From Bacteriovoracia bacterium (GTDB lineage Bacteria > Bdellovibrionota > Bacteriovoracia > Bacteriovoracales > Bacteriovoracaceae), in NCBI GenBank assembly GCA_046570105.1, contig JBKHVI010000034.1, positions 1 through 30,806 on the forward strand: DNA of 30,806 bases, given 5' to 3'. Below the pieces are notes generated by a model. That model ran no database searches, was not told the origin of the DNA, and worked only from the letters and a program-made list of their open reading frames with translations. Shown piece by piece: positions 26,712 to 30,806 of the stretch. The translations under genes and the position numbers were made by a program. Every line of letters begins with the position of its first letter. Position 1 is the first letter of the stretch.

Positions 26712-26750
26712 TAACAAAGACGGTTAGAAGCTGGAATTAACCGTCTGTTA
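26712..26750. promoter_or_regulatory. Inverted repeat (candidate operator or hairpin)
   Basis: AGACGGTTA (26718-26726), 11-nt spacer, TAACCGTCT (26738-26746), flanked by TAAC/GTTA. Confidence 0.6.
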
Positions 26751-26770
26751 AGATTACGTCAAGAAAGGGC

Positions 26771-26813
26771 TGACAAAAATCATCCCCGTCTATGACATTT
26801 CTGTGACAAAAAT
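26771..26813 (+). promoter_or_regulatory. OmpR/PhoB-type direct-repeat box, TGACA-N6-TGACA, with a third in-phase half-site
   Basis: TGACA at 26771, 26793 and 26804 (spacings 22 and 11); TGACAAAAAT occurs twice. Confidence 0.75.
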
Positions 26814-26828
26814 TCGTAGCTAGCTGGA

Positions 26829-26834
26829 TACACT
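26829..26834 (+). promoter_or_regulatory. Putative -10 element of hemA (possibly leaderless)
   Basis: TACACT, 6 nt, ATG 26841; no SD. Confidence 0.45.
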
Positions 26835-26840
26835 GGCTTC

Positions 26841-27752
26841 ATGGTGACTTCCCTCAATCTTTGGAACTTTCCGGCTGGCGTTGCGGTTAGCGTTAATAAG
26901 GCTCATATGAGTTTTATTTTACCTACCTGCCAGCGCACCATCGTCGTGAGTTACGAGCAAAGACCGTTCGAGCATCACCCACTTCCTCTCCATGAAAAAG
27001 CCGAAGGCCAGGACGCCTACCTCTATTTACTGGAAACCATCTGTGGTTTGAAATCGAAACTTGTCGGTGAAAACGAAATCGTAGGCCAATTTAAAGAGGC
27101 CTACCAAACTTTCACTCAGCACGAAGATCGTGACTCAAAATTGCTGCTCATTCTTGAGAAACTTTTCAAAGACGCTAAAGAAATCCGCACTGAACATTTG
27201 ATTGGCATTGGTCAGAAGACTTACGCTCACCTCACCCGTCGTCATTTCTCGGGCAAAATGAAAAATGCACCCATTTTGATCACGGGATCTGGTCAATTAG
27301 CAGAAGATCTTATTAATCAATTTAAAAAACGCACTCCGATCGTGCTTTGTTCCCGCAACAAGGGACGCGCACAAGAATTGGCGCAAATCCATGGCTGCTC
27401 GCTCCTCGATTGGTCTGAGCGCGATGAATGGAAGAACTTTGCTTTTATTGCCAATACAATTGGCTTTGAAGGCGTTCTTCTCGACCATCCATTCTTTGTG
27501 GAATGGGCACAGACTCACCAGAATCGTTTAATGGTCGATCTTGGCTCACCGAGCTGCCTCCATACTTCACTGGGTCGCGACGAAGGTTTGTTGCGTCTGG
27601 AAGATATTTTCGCTGAAGGTGCGCTGATGGAAGATCAGAAGCGCGAAAAGATTCAAACCGCTCAAAAGGCCATGCTCGACATTGTTGAACGCCGTGCACG
27701 CTGGCTTGAAGAAAAGTCTCTCAAGTGGCAGACTGCCACCACGAATCTCTAA
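26841..27752 (+). CDS. hemA: Glutamyl-tRNA reductase, short form
   Basis: TCQR (canonical TCNR), GLKSKLVGENEIVGQFKEAY, AKEIRTE, Rossmann ITGSGQLA, MVDLGSP; first gene of the hem operon. Confidence 0.88.
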   Translation: MVTSLNLWNFPAGVAVSVNKAHMSFILPTCQRTIVVSYEQRPFEHHPLPLHEKAEGQDAYLYLLETICGLKSKLVGENEIVGQFKEAYQTFTQHEDRDSKLLLILEKLFKDAKEIRTEHLIGIGQKTYAHLTRRHFSGKMKNAPILITGSGQLAEDLINQFKKRTPIVLCSRNKGRAQELAQIHGCSLLDWSERDEWKNFAFIANTIGFEGVLLDHPFFVEWAQTHQNRLMVDLGSPSCLHTSLGRDEGLLRLEDIFAEGALMEDQKREKIQTAQKAMLDIVERRARWLEEKSLKWQTATTNL

Positions 27753-27773
27753 TCGTTTTTGCGAGAGAAAATC

Positions 27774-29273
27774 ATGTATAAAATCGGGACGCGTGGCTCA
27801 CTCCTCGCCGTAACTCAATGTACGCTTGTGAAGATGCTGCTCGAACAGTTGAGTGGCCAATCTTTTGAGTTAGAACTGATCAAAACCCAAGGCGATCAAA
27901 TTGTTGATCGCCCCTTGTGGCAACTTGAAGGCAAAGATTTTTTCACCAAAGAACTCGATGAAGCTTTGCTCAACAAAAAAGTCGATTTGGTGGTGCACTC
28001 CTATAAAGACTTGGGCTCTGATCGCCCCGAAGGAATTAAACTCGCGACGATCACAGAACGCAGATATGCTCACGATGTTTTGCTCATTAAAAAATCTACA
28101 GTAGAGAAACTCAAAAACTGGAGCGGTGATTTTATTGTGGGAACCAGTTCTCCCAGAAGAATCGTCAATCTCACGCGCGATCTGCCGGCCTTTTTACCTG
28201 GCTCACCCATTGTTAAATGCGAAACACTTCGTGGCAATATCAATACGCGAATCCAAAAACTCAAAGACGATAAGTATCACGCCATCACGCTGGCGCTCGC
28301 CGGTGTCGATCGCTTGGCACAGCTTGATAGTTCACTCAAGGAACTTAAAGATCTGCTCGATGGTCTTACTTTTGCGATCCTGCCTTTGAGTATTTTCCCC
28401 ACGGCCGCTGCTCAAGGAGCACTCGCAATTGAAACGCGCGGAGATAATCCAGAACTTGAGGCCATCCTTAAAAAAATTCATCACGAAAGAACCGCTGAAG
28501 AAGTCCGTCGCGAACGCCTGGCCTTTAAATCATACGGCGGGGGCTGTCATCTCGCAGTTGGCATTCATGTCCGTGAGATGGATGGGGATTTCTTGCACTT
28601 TCATCGCGGCGAGACGGATGGCAAAGACATCCGTGTGAAAAAACGTGAAGGCGCCACAATTGCTATGGAACAAGTACGCCAGGTTTTCTTAGGACAAGGC
28701 AAACATGCCAAAGCTCTGTGTGATGAAAACTTTATTAAAACAGCTCTGCCCGTGAAGCTTGATCTAAAAAAATCTCACGTTTTTGTGACCACCGGACACA
28801 CTCTTGATGCGGTGACAGAGCAGCCGGCCAGTCTATGGGCAGCAGGACCTGAGACTCGCAAAAAATTAGTCGCGAAAGGTTTCTGGGTTCATGGTGGTGC
28901 CGACAGTATGGGCCATGGCGAATTAGTAAAACTTAAAATCTCCAAAGCGCTGCAGTTGATGCTTGAGGGTGATGATTGGAAAGTTCTTACCCATAGCAAT
29001 TCACAGTCACCGATTGGCGAGGTGATTACTGCTTATAAGCATGAAATGAAACCACTCACTCAAGAACAAATCGAAAACCTTGAGACAGTCACCCACGCTT
29101 GGTGGTCAAGCTATCCACAGTATGAAGCCTATGTGTCGGCCGTGCCTGCACTCAAACGAGCGCGCCACTTTTGTGGACTTGGTAAAACCATACAAAGTTT
29201 TAAACAAAACGAAATTGAGGCGACGGCCTTAACTGATTCAAATGAATTCCTTCAACTCACGGGACTTGTATGA
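27774..29273 (+). CDS. hemC: Hydroxymethylbilane synthase fused to a HemD-like domain
   Basis: IGTRGSLLA, FFTKELDEAL, VHSYKD, GTSSPRR, RGNINTR, AAAQGALA, GGC cofactor cysteine; about 200 extra C-terminal residues. Confidence 0.93.
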   Translation: MYKIGTRGSLLAVTQCTLVKMLLEQLSGQSFELELIKTQGDQIVDRPLWQLEGKDFFTKELDEALLNKKVDLVVHSYKDLGSDRPEGIKLATITERRYAHDVLLIKKSTVEKLKNWSGDFIVGTSSPRRIVNLTRDLPAFLPGSPIVKCETLRGNINTRIQKLKDDKYHAITLALAGVDRLAQLDSSLKELKDLLDGLTFAILPLSIFPTAAAQGALAIETRGDNPELEAILKKIHHERTAEEVRRERLAFKSYGGGCHLAVGIHVREMDGDFLHFHRGETDGKDIRVKKREGATIAMEQVRQVFLGQGKHAKALCDENFIKTALPVKLDLKKSHVFVTTGHTLDAVTEQPASLWAAGPETRKKLVAKGFWVHGGADSMGHGELVKLKISKALQLMLEGDDWKVLTHSNSQSPIGEVITAYKHEMKPLTQEQIENLETVTHAWWSSYPQYEAYVSAVPALKRARHFCGLGKTIQSFKQNEIEATALTDSNEFLQLTGLV

Positions 29274-30529
29274 ACTCTAATGAGCTTTTCGAAAAATCAA
29301 AAAAATATGTACCCGGTGGCGTGCATTCGCCGGTTCGCTCTTTCAAAGGTCTTCACACCACACCTCGTTTTATCAACCGGGCCGACGGAGCGATGATCTG
29401 GGATGAAGACGGCAAAAACTACGTCGACTTCTGTATGAGCTTTGGTCCTTTGATTCATGGCCATAAAGATCCGGATGTAAAAAAAGCCATCGAAGGTGCT
29501 CTCGAGCGTGGTTGGAGTTATGGCGCTTGTGAGAAATATTCTCTTGAGCTGGCCGAATACATGGTCGAGCGTTTGGGTTTTGTGGATCAAGTGCGCTTCA
29601 TGAATTCAGGTACGGAAGCTGTGATGACCGCGGTACGGCTCGCACGTGGAATCACTAATCGCGAAAAAATTATTAAATTTAACGGCTGCTATCACGGACA
29701 TCTCGATGGCATGTTGATCAAGGCTGGCTCAGGACTTGCTGGCACCGCTGATGCTAGTTCAAAAGGTGTCACAGCAAAACAAGCCGCTGATACATTAATT
29801 GTTGAATTAGGTGATCTCGAGGCGATTGAAGAGTGCTTTAAAGCGCACCCCAATCAAATTGCTGCCATTTTTATTGAACCGCTGCCGGCGAATAATGGTC
29901 TTTTGGTGCAGACGACTGAGTATCTCCAGGGCCTGCGAAACTTGTGTGATAAATACGGCGCACTCTTAGTGTTTGATGAAGTTATTTCGGGCTTTCGCGT
30001 TCACTTCGGTGGCATGGCGCTTTTAACCGGAGTTATCCCCGATCTCGTGACCTATGGGAAAATTATCGGTGGTGGTATGCCAGTGGGAGCTGTCGCTGGA
30101 AAGCGCGCTCATATGGAATTCTTGGCACCAGTGGGTCCAGTTTATCAAGCGGGCACTCTCTCTGGAAATCCTGTCGCCATGGCAGCAGGTTTGGCCAACA
30201 TGAAAAAGCTCACACCCGAAGCTTATCAGCGCCTCGATCAGCAAAGTGCAGCGGTAGTTGCTTTGTTGAATGAGTGGAGTGAAGGACATGGCTTTGCTGA
30301 TTATAGCGTCCAGCGCTTTGGTTCACTCTTCTGGGCAGCTCCTACAAAGCAGAAACTCAATAACATCACCCAGATTCCAGAAACACTCATGCCACGTTTT
30401 TATGAACTCTTCAAAGTGCTGCTAGATAAAGGCATCTATCTGGCACCAAACGCTTGGGAAGTGGGATTCATCTCACTTGCTCATGATGAAAAAATTCTCG
30501 CGGAGATGCGCAAGCGCTTATGGTCTTAA
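29270..30529 (+). CDS. hemL: Glutamate-1-semialdehyde 2,1-aminomutase
   Basis: PGGVHSPVRSF, SGTEAVM, GCYHGH, FDEVISGFR, GKIIGGGMPVG, QAGTLSGNP. Confidence 0.97.
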   Translation: MNSNELFEKSKKYVPGGVHSPVRSFKGLHTTPRFINRADGAMIWDEDGKNYVDFCMSFGPLIHGHKDPDVKKAIEGALERGWSYGACEKYSLELAEYMVERLGFVDQVRFMNSGTEAVMTAVRLARGITNREKIIKFNGCYHGHLDGMLIKAGSGLAGTADASSKGVTAKQAADTLIVELGDLEAIEECFKAHPNQIAAIFIEPLPANNGLLVQTTEYLQGLRNLCDKYGALLVFDEVISGFRVHFGGMALLTGVIPDLVTYGKIIGGGMPVGAVAGKRAHMEFLAPVGPVYQAGTLSGNPVAMAAGLANMKKLTPEAYQRLDQQSAAVVALLNEWSEGHGFADYSVQRFGSLFWAAPTKQKLNNITQIPETLMPRFYELFKVLLDKGIYLAPNAWEVGFISLAHDEKILAEMRKRLWS

Positions 30530-30806
30530 GTAAAACACCGCGCTGGTTTTATCTGATCGTTGCTTTTCTAGGGCTCCTCGTCCTGGCCCTGGGTATTTGG
30601 TGGCTCTATTTATTGACCGTCTTTGCACAAATGATGGGGCCAGAAAAAAGTGGCGTTCTCAATATGCTGAAATGGGAAGGCACTACTTTTCTTTTGCTCT
30701 TAATGGCCGCTGCTATCAGTATCTCTGTGCTTTACTGGCGCGACTTAAAAAAAACACGCGTGCTACAAGCTCTCTTTGCTTCTCTCACTCATGAACTCAA
30801 AACACC
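30520..30806 (+). CDS. Membrane sensor histidine kinase (5' part only; runs off the window)
   Basis: Hand translation from ATG 30520: MVLSKTPRWFYLIVAFLGLLVLALGIWWLYLLTVFAQMMGPEKSGVLNMLKWEGTTFLLLLMAAAISISVLYWRDLKKTRVLQALFASLTHELKT(P). Two TM helices followed by a HisKA H-box; overlaps the hemL stop. Confidence 0.88.
   Translation, partial: MVLSKTPRWFYLIVAFLGLLVLALGIWWLYLLTVFAQMMGPEKSGVLNMLKWEGTTFLLLLMAAAISISVLYWRDLKKTRVLQALFASLTHELKT

Noticed and set aside
30597..30794. 65-aa ORF-track prediction
   Set aside because: Wrong frame; the frame from ATG 30520 gives two TM helices and a HisKA H-box.
1..30806. Mobile elements, prophage, defence systems, tRNA or rRNA
   Set aside because: No transposase, integrase, phage, nuclease or structural RNA signatures seen; genes are densely packed housekeeping and secretion genes.

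Overview
Bacterial core-genome window; gene content suggests a Bacteriovoracaceae-like predatory Bdellovibrionota (inference). In order: the 3' end of a HesB/IscA-like gene coupled to a LysR regulator; a minus-strand acyl-CoA dehydrogenase plus FG-GAP/ASPIC-UnbV lipoprotein; a type II secretion cluster gspCDEFGHIJKLMN followed by ispA; a minus-strand run of small membrane protein, Na+/Pi cotransporter, IMPDH/GMP-reductase family enzyme, plsB-like acyltransferase, infC (ATA start), rpmI, rplT, ihfA and merR; and a plus-strand heme operon of short hemA, fused hemC-hemD, hemL and a truncated sensor histidine kinase missed by the ORF track. The best lead is an exact TGACA-N6-TGACA box at the hemA promoter together with the operon-embedded kinase and the HemCD fusion, which resembles the Leptospira HemKR heme-control system in an apparently unrelated lineage. 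The same box also reads as a Pho-like box toward the phosphate transporter. No rRNA, tRNA, CRISPR array or mobile element was seen.
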